The position numbers were made by a program, and so were the translations under genes. Below are positions 23,462-23,907 of a DNA stretch of 23,907 nucleotides, piece after piece. The stretch's first letter is position 1. Each line of letters opens with the position of its first letter. This DNA is from an uncultured virus (IMG/VR IMGVR_UViG_3300033149_003774) (taxonomy: Duplodnaviria; Heunggongvirae; Uroviricota; Caudoviricetes), in IMG/VR virus record IMGVR_UViG_3300033149_003774. One strand, given 5' to 3'. The notes under the pieces are model-generated. The model was not told where the DNA came from and searched no databases. It was given only the letters and a program-made list of their open reading frames with translations.

Positions 23462-23785
23462 ATGGGTTCGGGGGGAGAGGAGTTGGGAGAGAGTTTGCCC
23501 AAGTATCGCGTTGTCATGGGACGGACGCGGGAAGAGATCGAGGAGAAATTAAACACCTTGGCTGAAGTAGGATACTCATTACGCGAGGTCGTCGTAGATT
23601 CCAATATGGCGTACCCGTATAGAGCGATTATGAGTCTAAAGGACAGGGGGAAGTATGAGGATATAGAAAGTCTGGTGAAAGTCGATCTTGAGGATGTGGA
23701 TGAGTATTTGGAGAGAGGATATGTCATAACCGAGGTGTATTCAAAACACGCAATAATGGTTCTCAGGCGCGGAGAGGAAGAATGA
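23462..23785 (+). CDS. DUF4177/DUF1737-like protein with two small alpha-beta repeats
   Basis: 'YRVV....EEKLNTLAEVGYSL' and 'VDEYLERGYVI'. Confidence 0.45.
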   Translation: MGSGGEELGESLPKYRVVMGRTREEIEEKLNTLAEVGYSLREVVVDSNMAYPYRAIMSLKDRGKYEDIESLVKVDLEDVDEYLERGYVITEVYSKHAIMVLRRGEEE

Positions 23786-23834
23786 TCTGTTCAGATTGTA
23801 AAAAAGAAAAAGCGGAGTGGGTTTTATGACGGCA

Positions 23835-23907
23835 CCCGAAACCGTGCGTGACCGAGGAAAAATCCTACCTAGTCGGCTATCACCCTCCTCGGATTCTGCA
23901 CGGCGGG
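23835..23907. other. GC-rich RNA/DNA stem-loop running off the window edge
   Basis: CCCG(23835-38)/CGGG(23904-07), CCGTGC(23842-47)/GCACGG(23898-903) and CCGAGGA(23852-58)/TCCTCGG(23886-92). Confidence 0.6.

Noticed and set aside
1081..23727. Minus-strand and nested alternative-frame ORFs in the track (e.g. 6527-6970, 16959-17405, 22024-22455)
   Set aside because: They shadow well-supported + strand genes, have no motifs and show the composition expected of antisense frames.
23827..23907. SECIS element / selenoprotein
   Set aside because: The GA/AG quartet is out of register with the helix, the upper stem is only 7 bp, and there is no selenoprotein-like context or Sec machinery. Kept only as a generic structured element.
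1..23907. CRISPR array, integrase/att site, IS element, Borg-like tandem repeats or terminal repeats
   Set aside because: No regularly spaced repeats, recombinase or transposase motifs, or matching ends were seen by eye. The tRNA has no visible duplicated 3' end.
1..23907. Ordinary cellular chromosome segment
   Set aside because: Portal-, fibre-, tail- and holin-like genes, one-strand coding, many small orphans and divergent copies of core genes fit a virus or provirus better. No capsid or terminase gene is in the window, so this is not proven.

Overview
This window looks like part of the genome of a tailed (Caudoviricetes-like) archaeal virus or provirus. Every credible gene is on the + strand, and archaeal BRE/TATA promoters and oligo-T terminators punctuate the sequence. 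Virion genes (a portal-like protein, two tail-terminator-like paralogs, a fibre, a holin-like protein) are scattered among replication and nucleotide genes (a cellular-type PolB1, a RadA homolog with an altered Walker A, dCMP deaminase, ThyX, an NDT-family nucleotide hydrolase). Four GT-B glycosyltransferases sit interleaved with a DUF1599/Nmad1-like protein and a DUF5131 radical SAM enzyme, a candidate DNA or nucleotide hypermodification system. The element also carries translation components: ribosomal protein eS30 and a non-canonical tRNA-His(GUG). eS30, PolB1 and a DUF2153-like gene together point to a TACK (Bathyarchaeia/Nitrososphaeria-like) host. All family calls come from motif recognition by eye; no searches were run.
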